This document shows positions 37,961 to 47,664 of a stretch of DNA of 64,000 bases, one piece after another. A model generated the notes under the pieces. It saw only the letters and a program-made list of their open reading frames with translations, was not told the origin of the DNA and searched no databases. A program made the position numbers and the translations under genes. This stretch comes from Candidatus Woesearchaeota archaeon (GTDB lineage: Archaea > Nanobdellota > Nanobdellia > UBA10117 > JABICX01). Within the stretch, counting starts at the first letter, position 1. Each line of letters opens with the position of its first letter. The DNA lies in the NCBI GenBank assembly GCA_018652045.1, contig JABICX010000010.1, positions 114 to 64,113 of the forward strand, given 5' to 3'.

Positions 37961-39166
37961 AGTTTTTAACCCATATGTATTAAGTAGGATTTTAATTGCG
38001 AGCACAGTAATCGTTGCAATTGGCGCGCCTGCAAGTCCAATCTTTGAGATCAGGAAGATGTTCAGGGCGAGATTTACTACGATAGCAAGGATTGCGTCAA
38101 AAGTGAGAATTACAACCTTTCTCCGCGTCTCTTGTACCTGTCCAAGATAGATTGAGTTAATGAGTGAGTATATAACAAGTAGACTGGATGATATAACTAA
38201 CGACCAGATTAAGAATGAGTCTACCTTTGCGAACTCCGAACCAAACAAAAATACTACGAGATATGGTGCAGTTAGGCCAATGGCTAGCGCAAAAGGTAGT
38301 ATAAAACTTATCAGCTTTTTTACACTTCCTATGATGTTGAAGTCTTTTCGTGCAGAGGCGGTGATCATGACAAAAGGTATGACGTATGCAGATACCCGTA
38401 AGATGTTTATGTAGTTTGAAAAGCCAGTATAGTAACCAAGTTCACTAAAGTTTAGAACGTACTTGATCGAGATTCGATCGATGTAGTAGATGGAATGCAT
38501 ACCAATAAGCGCAAGAAAAAACGGCAAGCTTTTCTTGAAAAGTGGTTTAAAGTTAGCCTTTTGTGAACTTAATCGAGTAAGCTTTAGTTTAAATGGCACG
38601 AGCAGTAACATGGAGACTGTTGCGCTAAGTAATACTAACCAGAAGTTCTTCGAGAGTATTGCAATCAAGATGAAAAGGAAGACAAGTACTCGATTAAAAG
38701 TGAGGAATCTCATCGATACTTCATATCTTTCAGTTCTTCGGATCGCACCACTAAGTATTGTAAATACACTTATCATTAAACTGTAGCCAAAGATCAGCCA
38801 GAAGAAAAAGTTCAGTGCAGGATTAAGATCCAAGTAACTTGCGATTTGGTAGAAAACTAATGAAAATACGAACGATGCGATGATGACATAGACTAGGATT
38901 TTTGCAAGTAACTTTCTACTTAGTTGTTTTTCAGTTAGTTTCGCAATAGTATTTGCTAGACCAAAGCTTGCAAAAATATGTATTAAGTTTGTGATGCTAA
39001 GAAAGTATGAATACACACCAAACATTTCCTTGCCAAAGAATCGTGCAATAACTATGTTCGTAAGTAATCCGACACTTGTTGCTATGAAGTATATAACAAA
39101 AGTGGTACTGATGATAGAACCTGTTTTACCAAACACTTTGGTTGCAAGTGCATTAAGATTAGCCAT
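37937..39166 (-). CDS. oligosaccharide/polysaccharide flippase (MOP/Wzx family)
   Basis: 409 aa with about 12 TM segments and typical Wzx-like hydrophobic repeats. The 3' end overlaps the dp2 3' end by 24 nt (convergent). Confidence 0.7.
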   Translation of the reverse strand: MANLNALATKVFGKTGSIISTTFVIYFIATSVGLLTNIVIARFFGKEMFGVYSYFLSITNLIHIFASFGLANTIAKLTEKQLSRKLLAKILVYVIIASFVFSLVFYQIASYLDLNPALNFFFWLIFGYSLMISVFTILSGAIRRTERYEVSMRFLTFNRVLVFLFILIAILSKNFWLVLLSATVSMLLLVPFKLKLTRLSSQKANFKPLFKKSLPFFLALIGMHSIYYIDRISIKYVLNFSELGYYTGFSNYINILRVSAYVIPFVMITASARKDFNIIGSVKKLISFILPFALAIGLTAPYLVVFLFGSEFAKVDSFLIWSLVISSSLLVIYSLINSIYLGQVQETRRKVVILTFDAILAIVVNLALNIFLISKIGLAGAPIATITVLAIKILLNTYGLKTSIKAVQT

Positions 39167-40602
39167 TATTTAGTACGCATTATTTTGAAGACTTCTCGCC
39201 CGACTTTGGTACCCATCATGACACTCTTAACTTGCTCATATCTTTTTTCATCTCTTGCAAAAAGAACCCACAGTACACTACCAGTTACTTTGCCAAAACG
39301 GAACTTAAGGTGCATCTTTCGAGTTAGCGCAAACGCGATGTCCTCAGCCTTCTTTCTTTCAGCTACAGTAAACTCGGGCGTTTCAAAGACAGGCCTACTA
39401 GTGAGATTTGCAGTTTCAGATAGATATACTTCAGGCGGGTAGATAAATGTACCAAACTCTTTTACATACTCATAAACCTCAGTTCCAGGATATGGTATCA
39501 TGTTGCGGAAGTTTACATAACCAACCGGTAGTTTACGTGCGAAGTTTATACTACGCATAGCTTTCTCAAAAGTTTCAAAAGGATGACCTATGATAAAGTT
39601 GACAGAGCAAGCTATTCCAACCTTACGTGCCGCATTAAAAGTATTAATTGCATTTTCTAAAGTAACACCTTTTTTGATTTTAATTAGTGTTTCAGGATCT
39701 CCACTTTCTAACCCAAATGCCATATAGGTACATCCTGATTTCTTCATTTTTTTAAGTAGTTTATAGTTGGCCTTATCTGCACGTATGCCTGCACATAACC
39801 AACTGATTTTCATCCCACTTTTAATAATGAGTTCGCAGATCTTTTCTGCGCGATTTAGATCGAAACTAAAACAATCATCAACCATCTCAAAAGTGTGATA
39901 CCCCTTATCATACCATACTTGTAGTTCTTCAATTACTTTCTCTGGACTTCGAGGTCTAAAGTTCTGACCTAGACTTAACTTTACTGCGCAGAAAGTACAT
40001 CCAAAAGGACAGCCTCTAGATGTAGATATCGGCATACGCTTATCAACTGAACAATAGGTATACTTCTTAAGATCAAACGCGTCAAATGCTGGAAATGGTA
40101 GGCTATCCATATCCCAGATTGGTTGTCTTCGAGAGTTTTCAATAATTTTCTTACCGCTGCGATAGAGCAGGTTTTGTATATCTTTTGGCTTTTTTCCTTG
40201 CACAAGTTCTAGAAGTGCATGTTCACCTTCACCATATATTGCATAGTCTGCTTTGGTTTTTTCCATAACATCTTTGTGTGTTGAGGATACATGAACGCCA
40301 CCAACAATAACAGGTAACTTGGTTTCAACTTTCAACTTGTCAATCAATTTGTAAGTATTAACAAAATCATATGTAAACATAGTTACGCCAATAAGATCTG
40401 GATTGAACAGCTTGACCCGTTTTAGCAAATAATCAAAGGAGTAGTTGAGTTGCATATCAAGTATTTCTACAGCGATACCCTCTCTTTGTAAGAATGAAGT
40501 GAGACTTGCGATACCAACGTGCGGGAATAGTGCACCTGGATAGTTCGCATATATTTTCGGAATGACAAACAATATTCGTTTAGCTTTCATTTTTACTTCC
40601 AC
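39166..40602 (-). CDS. B12-binding-domain radical SAM enzyme (class B)
   Basis: N-terminal cobalamin-binding-type Rossmann domain (ILFVIP...IGVTMFT). CxxxCxxC cluster (SRGCPFGCTFCAV). 478 aa. Confidence 0.8.
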   Translation of the reverse strand: MEVKMKAKRILFVIPKIYANYPGALFPHVGIASLTSFLQREGIAVEILDMQLNYSFDYLLKRVKLFNPDLIGVTMFTYDFVNTYKLIDKLKVETKLPVIVGGVHVSSTHKDVMEKTKADYAIYGEGEHALLELVQGKKPKDIQNLLYRSGKKIIENSRRQPIWDMDSLPFPAFDAFDLKKYTYCSVDKRMPISTSRGCPFGCTFCAVKLSLGQNFRPRSPEKVIEELQVWYDKGYHTFEMVDDCFSFDLNRAEKICELIIKSGMKISWLCAGIRADKANYKLLKKMKKSGCTYMAFGLESGDPETLIKIKKGVTLENAINTFNAARKVGIACSVNFIIGHPFETFEKAMRSINFARKLPVGYVNFRNMIPYPGTEVYEYVKEFGTFIYPPEVYLSETANLTSRPVFETPEFTVAERKKAEDIAFALTRKMHLKFRFGKVTGSVLWVLFARDEKRYEQVKSVMMGTKVGREVFKIMRTK

Positions 40603-41134
40603 TCTTCAGCACGATTTTGGCTAACGTAAAGTAGCTCACCAACACATTTCTGATTAAATACATTTTGCTTCGGCGACATTTCGCGTTTAATAGCTTGTGA
40701 ATTTCACGGTCCATGTAGCAGGCTGGTTTATCGTATTTCTTTAATCTAACCTTTTTAACTTTTTGTATGCTCTTTGATAAGTTTCCGATGTCCTTGCAAT
40801 AGATGAAGCTTCCACTTTCTTTGGAAAGCGCTTCAAGAAACTCTACTTGATGAAGATCATTACGTTCTTTGTTAGCACACGAGATGAGTTTCTTATGCAT
40901 AGCAAGTAGCTCAAAAGTAGTTCCAGTACCGCCGTGTGCGATGATTAAGTTAGCTTGCTTGTAGTATTTTTCTAAGTTTGGTGCAAATCTAAACCATTTA
41001 CAGTTTAGTGGTTTGTAATCACCTGATCCGATTTGCATTGTAATCGGTGTTTTAAGTTTTGGTGCTAATCGGTCAACCTCTTTAATCAGCGCATCAAACT
41101 TACCTGTCCCGACCGTAACAAATATTCCCATCAA
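40580..41134 (-). CDS. Alg13-like glycosyltransferase subunit (GT28 C-terminal domain)
   Basis: IFVTVGTGKFDAL and IAHGGTGTTFELL are typical of Alg13/EpsF-type catalytic subunits. 4-nt overlap with the upstream Alg14-like gene. Confidence 0.75.
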   Translation of the reverse strand: MMGIFVTVGTGKFDALIKEVDRLAPKLKTPITMQIGSGDYKPLNCKWFRFAPNLEKYYKQANLIIAHGGTGTTFELLAMHKKLISCANKERNDLHQVEFLEALSKESGSFIYCKDIGNLSKSIQKVKKVRLKKYDKPACYMDREIHKLLNAKCRRSKMYLIRNVLVSYFTLAKIVLKSGSKNES

Positions 41135-41628
41135 CTTAACCTCCCAACAAATCGAGCATTTGCGTATTGTTTAAGTAACGGTTTCCATTGAACTAAGAAA
41201 AGATCGTCATCTGTGAAGAACGGAGCTAACTGCTTTCCAGATATCGACCGACTCTTTACTCGTGTGAGACTTTCAAAAAATACTGCTTTTGCGCCAAACA
41301 TATACTTTGCGAGAACAACAACGTGTTCACAAACCGCCGGACCACAACCAATAACTAGCACAGGTTTGATCTTCCAAAGCACATTTATTGCCTGCAGTGT
41401 TGATGGAACATATTTTAGAATGATCTTTAAGAGATTGGCGTCGGTCTTCAGACGCGTATCATATATATAAAAAACCTTGCCAGGAATCCTAATGCGACTC
41501 GCAGATGCTTTGTCTGTGTTAGCGATTATGTAGTTGTAATCATATCGGTGTCCGAGCTTGTCAATCAGTTCGAGCATCTGTCGAGTATGACCGCCTGAAC
41601 CGAGTACTACCGCTATCTTCGGTTTCAT
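41131..41628 (-). CDS. Alg14-like glycosyltransferase subunit
   Basis: VLGSGGHTRQM motif. 165 aa. Paired with the Alg13-like gene. Confidence 0.75.
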   Translation of the reverse strand: MKPKIAVVLGSGGHTRQMLELIDKLGHRYDYNYIIANTDKASASRIRIPGKVFYIYDTRLKTDANLLKIILKYVPSTLQAINVLWKIKPVLVIGCGPAVCEHVVVLAKYMFGAKAVFFESLTRVKSRSISGKQLAPFFTDDDLFLVQWKPLLKQYANARFVGRLS

Positions 41629-41717
41629 ATCGAGGTATTGTTAGTTCGAGTTAAAAGAATTTTGATACTATGTTCTACTTTCATAAGGTTTAATAAGTAA
41701 ATTTAGCATCTTTGTCC

Positions 41718-42146
41718 ATGAGTATTATGTTCTTTCCATTTAAATTAGCTAAAAGATTGTTAAAAGTGAGATTTATGCGGTACTTTACTATTGGAGTGGT
41801 TGCTACAGCAACAGATTGGTCTGTGTTTTATTTACTATCTGCGTTAGTTAGTATAAACTATCTAATTTCTTTAGCAATAGCATATTCATTAGGTGGCGTT
41901 GTTAATTTCTTTGGAAATAAGTTTTATACTTTTGATTGTAAATCTAAGAAAATCGTTCGACAGATGTCTGTCTTTTGGATATTTTTATGGATGTTCCTTG
42001 GAGTAAGTTTTGTATTAATGTATTTATTTGTAGATGTATTTATGCTTCATAAGATGTTAAGCCGAATAGCAACTACATTTATCGTGTTTGTACTTTTGTA
42101 TATAACACAACGCAGTGTTGTATTTAACAAGAAACATTTTGTGTGA
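41718..42146 (+). CDS. GtrA family membrane protein
   Basis: 4 TM segments. RYFTIGVVATATDWSVFYLL and GGVVNFFGNKFYTF are GtrA signatures. The track start at 41712 is TTG. Confidence 0.8.
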   Translation: MSIMFFPFKLAKRLLKVRFMRYFTIGVVATATDWSVFYLLSALVSINYLISLAIAYSLGGVVNFFGNKFYTFDCKSKKIVRQMSVFWIFLWMFLGVSFVLMYLFVDVFMLHKMLSRIATTFIVFVLLYITQRSVVFNKKHFV

Positions 42147-43422
42147 TGTCGTTTAGTATTTGATTGCTGATCTTTTTTGCAAGTTTAATGCTGTTGTTAA
42201 GGTCCCGGTCATCAGGATAGATTATGGAAGTGTTCGCAAGATACATGTTATTGTATAGTTTTACTTTAGGTTTAATCTTTGAGTAGTTCTTTACATATAT
42301 TGGTGTAGCATGTTTTTCACGGAATAGTTTATACTGTTTTATATTCTTATTGTCGAACATAAACGTTTGTTGTAGCTCGTTAGTGTATTTGTTTAGTATT
42401 TTTGCGTTAGATTGTTTATACGCATCACTATCTGGCGACACGTAGTCGAAAAGATATGTGATATAATTATTACGGCGTCTGTTTGGGATAAAGTTTGTAT
42501 GTTCAACCATACCTCCAAACGCCTTGGAGTCCACGATGTTTGTCCAATAAGTTTTACTAATTGGTTTACGTGTGTTTATAACAAGACATAGTGCGCATTG
42601 GTATCTGATTTTGTTAAGTTGTGTAACCGTACTTTTTGGAAGGTCAGTAATTGCGATAACTTGTGGATTGTGTATCGCAAAAACTACTTTATCATACTCA
42701 TTTCGTTTCGTTTTAACGCTAACTGAAATCTTTCCAGATTTAGTTGTTCGGACTTTCTGAACACGCGTTTTCTTATGAATCGTTACGGTTTTACTGAGGT
42801 CAACTTCCATGGCAGTGATAAGTTTTTGGAAGCTACCGTTAAGGTACCCCAGTACCTCTTTACTTAGGAATTTGCCACGAGAGTTTGCACGAGAACGGAA
42901 TCTACCCCAAATCCATGCCGCAGATATCTGTTCAGCTGCGTCCCCAAACTTTACGTTAAGTAATGGCTGCCATAGTAACGAGCACACTTTTTTCCCCGCG
43001 ATCTTTTTCATATAGTTAACTGCACTGACGTTTTCTATACTTCGCCAGGATTTGGTTTTAGTGTAGAAGACAGATAGACCGAATCGCATTTTGTCAATGA
43101 TATTAAAATGTGGGAAACGTAATAAATCAAAAGGTGTTGAGAACGGGTAAACTTTGTTTTTGTATAAAAGGCTCATTTTTGATTCAGACCAGATAATGTC
43201 TTGTTGTAGACCTAACTCTTGAATCAACTTTAGCAGATATCTGTCGCTTCTAAAAAAGTGATGGAAATACTTGTCTACCTGAAATCCAAAGTCATTGAAT
43301 GCGCCAGTAATACCTCCCAGTTCACCTTCGCTTTCAAAGAGAGTCACATCAATATTTTCTTTGGATAGATAATATGCAATAGATAGTCCTGTAATCCCTC
43401 CACCAATTATCGCAACTTTCAT
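42124..43422 (-). CDS. FAD/NAD(P)-binding oxidoreductase (amine-oxidase/protoporphyrinogen-oxidase-like Rossmann fold)
   Basis: N-terminal dinucleotide motif MKVAIIGGGITGLSIAYYL..V.LFE. 432 aa. 4-nt overlap with the upstream PHP gene. Confidence 0.7.
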   Translation of the reverse strand: MKVAIIGGGITGLSIAYYLSKENIDVTLFESEGELGGITGAFNDFGFQVDKYFHHFFRSDRYLLKLIQELGLQQDIIWSESKMSLLYKNKVYPFSTPFDLLRFPHFNIIDKMRFGLSVFYTKTKSWRSIENVSAVNYMKKIAGKKVCSLLWQPLLNVKFGDAAEQISAAWIWGRFRSRANSRGKFLSKEVLGYLNGSFQKLITAMEVDLSKTVTIHKKTRVQKVRTTKSGKISVSVKTKRNEYDKVVFAIHNPQVIAITDLPKSTVTQLNKIRYQCALCLVINTRKPISKTYWTNIVDSKAFGGMVEHTNFIPNRRRNNYITYLFDYVSPDSDAYKQSNAKILNKYTNELQQTFMFDNKNIKQYKLFREKHATPIYVKNYSKIKPKVKLYNNMYLANTSIIYPDDRDLNNSIKLAKKISNQILNDITQNVSC

Positions 43423-44033
43423 TGTTTCACCATATACTTGTACATTTTTGTGAGAGTCATGTTAATTAAGAACATAAAATTGTATCCTATGTGAACTTTG
43501 TTCTTGGTAAGGTCTGTATAGAAACTACCTAATTCCCATTTCCAATGTGCATCACTACCAGCAATTATATGTAAGTTATGTCTATTTGCAAAGCATCTTG
43601 CTCGATAGTTAAAGAGTGGGAAAGCACGACCATTTAGTTCAATATAATCAATGTACTTTAGCGAGCTTAATAATCGTTTTTTGTTTAGAACTGCTTCGGG
43701 GAATCTGAAGTAATCTTGAAAGTGTGGTATTGATATCTTAGCACCCTGACTGTGGAGCTCTTTTAGAACTTCTTCGAAACGAGTACTCTTTACTTCCTTA
43801 GTCATATGATAGCCAATAACTTCACCTGCGTCGGTTTTAATCTCACAACTTGGTATAAATGTAATTCCCGTTTCTTTAGCTACCTTTCGGGCTTGTTTCC
43901 AACCTCGCGTTGTGTTATGGTCTGTGAGTGCAAACCCATCCAATCCCTTTCGTTTTAGTATTTGGGCGATGGTGGAGATTTCTAGGTTGGAATGACCGGA
44001 ATACTTAGAATGTACGTGCATGTCTATTTTCAT
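43419..44033 (-). CDS. PHP-domain phosphoesterase
   Basis: MKIDMHVHSKYSGHS, ALTDHN and GSDAH motifs. The ATG at 44033 forms an ATGA overlap with the upstream UbiA stop. The track start at 44069 is probably over-extended. Confidence 0.75.
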   Translation of the reverse strand: MKIDMHVHSKYSGHSNLEISTIAQILKRKGLDGFALTDHNTTRGWKQARKVAKETGITFIPSCEIKTDAGEVIGYHMTKEVKSTRFEEVLKELHSQGAKISIPHFQDYFRFPEAVLNKKRLLSSLKYIDYIELNGRAFPLFNYRARCFANRHNLHIIAGSDAHWKWELGSFYTDLTKNKVHIGYNFMFLINMTLTKMYKYMVKQ

Positions 44034-44899
44034 AGGAAGTAAAGGATTACGAAGCAGCTTATTGCCCATAATGCAAAGGCGAGAACCATTGATATGTCCT
44101 TGAAGAAGAGCTCGTTCTTACCAATGATTGGGTGATTAATTGAAGAGAGGTAAAGATATCTGAATATGATATAGCTGACAAATATACTTGTACCAATCAT
44201 AAGTGGGTTGTCATGCGCAAGGAAACTATATAGAACATATATGAAAAACAACGACGCTGCAAGTACGAGTTGAAGACTGTGCAAGAACTCTTTGTTGTAT
44301 ATTTTGTAGATCTTTTTGTATTTTACTTTTGATGGAAGGGTTTCTAAATCATATTTTCTTTTGCCAGTTGTTAGGAAGATCGCGATTATAAACACAAGTA
44401 AGATTGTCCATGCAGATAGGAACGTGCTAATTATGTATGCGCCAGCTAATGTACGTACCATGAAGTTGAACCCAATAAAATACATGTCAATGATTGGAAT
44501 GTTCCTAAAGTAAACGGTGTACCACATTGTTGCAGTGAAGAGTGCTAGTGGAAATAGTATAAGTCCGGGTTTTATGATATACGCTAAAGTTATCGCAATA
44601 GTAAAAAGTGCTGCAGACAAAGTTAGTGATGCGCACGTGGATACTTTTCCAGAAGCAATCAGGCGATCTTTTTTAGCTGGATGTTTTTGGTCTTCTTTAG
44701 CATCGTAAAGATCATTGAGAATATAATATGCTGACGAGATGAGACATAGTGATATAAATCCAAGAACGACTTTGCTTAGAGCATCTATATTGAAGACCTG
44801 TGCAGCAAAGAATATTGGTAAGAAGATGAGGAGATTTTTATACCATTGCTTTACGCGCATCAGTTTTAATAGCATGGAAGTGGGTGAATCGTAAGACAT
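44030..44899 (-). CDS. UbiA-family prenyl-phosphate phosphoribosyltransferase-like enzyme (DPPR-synthase-like)
   Basis: N-terminal RVKQWYKNLLIFLPIFFA and NDLYDAKEDQKHPAKKDRLIASG. These match the R-x-x-QW-x-KN and ND..D...D..HP.K..R.IA.G signatures of decaprenyl-phosphate phosphoribosyltransferase-type UbiA proteins. 8-9 TM segments. Confidence 0.7.
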   Translation of the reverse strand: MSYDSPTSMLLKLMRVKQWYKNLLIFLPIFFAAQVFNIDALSKVVLGFISLCLISSAYYILNDLYDAKEDQKHPAKKDRLIASGKVSTCASLTLSAALFTIAITLAYIIKPGLILFPLALFTATMWYTVYFRNIPIIDMYFIGFNFMVRTLAGAYIISTFLSAWTILLVFIIAIFLTTGKRKYDLETLPSKVKYKKIYKIYNKEFLHSLQLVLAASLFFIYVLYSFLAHDNPLMIGTSIFVSYIIFRYLYLSSINHPIIGKNELFFKDISMVLAFALWAISCFVILYFL

Positions 44900-44975
44900 A
44901 AAAAAGTTTGTTTAGTAAACCATTAGTTTACTGAGTAACCAAAATCCATAAAAGTCAGTGTTAGTTTTGGTTAGT

Positions 44976-46517
44976 ATGAAGTTCGGTAACCAACTTGTAG
45001 CATTTTTAGACCAGCGCTATAATCAAGCGTTTTTAGTTGTTTTACTGGCAGGAGTACTTTTACGATTAAAGTATTTCTTTATGGAGAGTATCTGGAACGA
45101 TGCTTCAGTGCACCTTTGGTACGCACTTAAATTTTTGAGACAACCTTCATTTATGTTTTCGTACTCGTTTCTATCAGGGGATTATGTAGTACCGCAGTTC
45201 ATAACCGCTTTCTTCTACATATTTACGCAAGACATCTTTGTTGCTGGAAAGCTTATGGCATTGTTCTATGCAATTGTAGGTATATTCTTTATGTATCTTC
45301 TGGGAAGTGAGCTTAAGGATAAACAATTCGGTTTAATTGCTGCTTTAGTGTTCGCGTTTAATCCGTTGTTTTGGTTTTATAGTGTACGTCCACTTGCAGA
45401 TGCACCATTAACTGCGATGTTTGTTGTTGGAGCATATTGTATTTTAAAACTTGAGAAAGAGCGAACTAGATTGTGGGCAATAATAACTGTTGGCGTGTTA
45501 TTCGCAGCAATGCTTACAAAGAACGCAGCAATTCTGTTGTTTATCGCGTTTTTGATATATTTCCCTACGTTCAAGTACAAAATACTAAAGGATACTGCAG
45601 TGCGTTTCGCATATCTACTTGCTGTGGGTTTATTTGTACTTGCTAATCTTGTGTATTATGCTTTATTTAGAGCTAATCTTGTGTATGAAGTATTTATTGC
45701 GAAGATTATTAATCAAGAAGGTCTTTTGCAGGGCTTTGAAGCGATATCATACCTACCACATCTACTATCTTGGTATGTTTTGATCTTTGCAATCATAGGA
45801 ACTTTCTTTGTTTTATTCTATCGTAAGAAGGAGTTTTATTTTATCTTGTTAGCACCCTTCATATTTTGGATATATATAGAGTTCTTTGTACGCAACGCTT
45901 TTGATAGATATATGCTTCCGGTAGTGCCATTTATTATTTTGTTAGCTGTTTTCGGAATCATTGAGCTATCGGAGCTAGCTAAATTAGCAATAAAATCTAA
46001 GTACGTTAAGTTAGCAATCATCGCAGTTGTTGTTATCCTCATTTGTTTTAACTATTATCAGTATGGTAGCGCCTTAACCGATTCAAAAGTAGAGTCTTAT
46101 GTTGGTTATGCTGAAGCAGGAGACTGGGTAAAGGCGAATGTTCCTGAAACTAACGCAGTGCTTTTTGCAGGATCCTGGCGATCTATGCGAACATTTTCAG
46201 AACGAGAGACGGTTGATAGTTATCTTGACGCACAGGACGGGAACCTCGTTAATCTAAGATCTGATCGCTATTTTAATAGTCGAGAGGTGTTCGAAGCAGA
46301 CTTAGTAAAAGCATTATCTGATGGAAAACAAGTTTATCTGGAAATTGATATTTGGGAATATGCACAGCCAAGTTGGTACTTCCCACTGACACAAGAGAGC
46401 GTAAACTATTTCCAAACATTGGGTTTTGTCCCAGCGAATATCATTGAGTATGAACTAACTACTCAACAAGGTTTGCAAAAGATGCCAGTTATACTTATTC
46501 TTAAGCACGGTAATTAA
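44976..46517 (+). CDS. GT-C fold glycosyltransferase (ArnT/PMT, GT39/GT83-like)
   Basis: Multi-TM N-terminal region with an acidic first loop, plus a soluble C-terminal domain. The track start at 44958 is GTG; ATG (MKFGNQ) is at 44976. Confidence 0.65.
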   Translation: MKFGNQLVAFLDQRYNQAFLVVLLAGVLLRLKYFFMESIWNDASVHLWYALKFLRQPSFMFSYSFLSGDYVVPQFITAFFYIFTQDIFVAGKLMALFYAIVGIFFMYLLGSELKDKQFGLIAALVFAFNPLFWFYSVRPLADAPLTAMFVVGAYCILKLEKERTRLWAIITVGVLFAAMLTKNAAILLFIAFLIYFPTFKYKILKDTAVRFAYLLAVGLFVLANLVYYALFRANLVYEVFIAKIINQEGLLQGFEAISYLPHLLSWYVLIFAIIGTFFVLFYRKKEFYFILLAPFIFWIYIEFFVRNAFDRYMLPVVPFIILLAVFGIIELSELAKLAIKSKYVKLAIIAVVVILICFNYYQYGSALTDSKVESYVGYAEAGDWVKANVPETNAVLFAGSWRSMRTFSERETVDSYLDAQDGNLVNLRSDRYFNSREVFEADLVKALSDGKQVYLEIDIWEYAQPSWYFPLTQESVNYFQTLGFVPANIIEYELTTQQGLQKMPVILILKHGN

Positions 46518-46567
46518 GTAGGTTTGATTATCATAAATGTTTTATAACTACTGTTTGGTTTTAGAGC

Positions 46568-47611
46568 ATGCGTATTAAGACAGTATTAGTGACTGGCAGT
46601 TCTGGTTTTTTAGGAATAAATTTGTGTCGTTATCTGCACGCAAAAGGATACAAGCTAAAAGGCATGGATGTTGCAGAGTTTGATTACGAAGACATGAAAC
46701 CACATGTTGATTTTTATCGAGGTGATATTTGTAAACTTGACGATGTACGTAAGGTTATGAAAGATGTTGATATTGTTGTGCATGCAGCAGCAGCACTTCC
46801 GAAGTATACTACTTCAGAGATCTTCAATACAGATGTTGAGGGTACGCGTAACGTTCTTTCCGTAGCAGAAGAGTTTAAGGTAGAACGCGTTGTATTTATA
46901 TCGTCTACCGCAGTTTATGGTATCCCAAAGACTTGCCCAATAACTGAGAATAGTGTGTTAAGTATTATCGGTCCATATGCAAAAGCTAAAGCTATTGCTG
47001 AACAGCTTTGCGTTGATTATCGCAAAAAAGGCATGACTATTTCAGTGTTACGTCCAATAACGTTTGTTGGACCTGAACGATTGGGTGTTATGGCCGTGTA
47101 TTATGATTGGATCAAACGAAACAAAAATATCCCAATTATTGGATCAGGTAAAAATAAGTTTCAGTTATTAGACGTAGAAGATTTCAGTCAAGCAATATAT
47201 TTGTGTATGATTAAACCAAAATCAAAAGTTAATACTTTGTTTAATATTGGTTCTAAGAATTTTACAACGATGCGTGAAGACTTTGGAGAGATTCTAAACT
47301 ACGTTGGATCAAAAAAGAAGATCGTTCCACTACCTACAGAATTAATCTTACCGTTACTTCGCGTGTTTGAGTTGTTGAATATATCTCCGTTATACAATTG
47401 GATGTGTCAGATTGCTTCAAAAGATGTCTACGTATCGATAGATAAAGCAGAGCGGGTGCTTGGATTTAAACCAAAGTACTCTTCTAAGCAAGCACTTGTA
47501 AGAAACTATCAATGGTATGTGGATAATTTGAATAGCTTTAAATCACAAGGTGTATCACATCGAGTTCCGTGGAATCAAGGCATCTTAAAGATCGTTAGCT
47601 GGCTGTTTTGA
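46568..47611 (+). CDS. NAD-dependent epimerase/dehydratase (extended SDR)
   Basis: VLVTGSSGFLG glycine motif. Catalytic YAKAK (YxxxK). 347 aa. Confidence 0.85.
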   Translation: MRIKTVLVTGSSGFLGINLCRYLHAKGYKLKGMDVAEFDYEDMKPHVDFYRGDICKLDDVRKVMKDVDIVVHAAAALPKYTTSEIFNTDVEGTRNVLSVAEEFKVERVVFISSTAVYGIPKTCPITENSVLSIIGPYAKAKAIAEQLCVDYRKKGMTISVLRPITFVGPERLGVMAVYYDWIKRNKNIPIIGSGKNKFQLLDVEDFSQAIYLCMIKPKSKVNTLFNIGSKNFTTMREDFGEILNYVGSKKKIVPLPTELILPLLRVFELLNISPLYNWMCQIASKDVYVSIDKAERVLGFKPKYSSKQALVRNYQWYVDNLNSFKSQGVSHRVPWNQGILKIVSWLF

Positions 47612-47664
47612 TTAGTATAACCAACCATACTTAATTTTATAAGCCGAATTTTAGATAGAGTCTT

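Noticed and set aside
42124-43422. Calling the FAD oxidoreductase an orthologue of DprE1
   Set aside because: DprE1 is a VAO/FAD_binding_4-type flavoenzyme. This protein has an N-terminal GxGxxG Rossmann motif of the amine-oxidase/PPO type. Only a functional analogy is proposed, not orthology.
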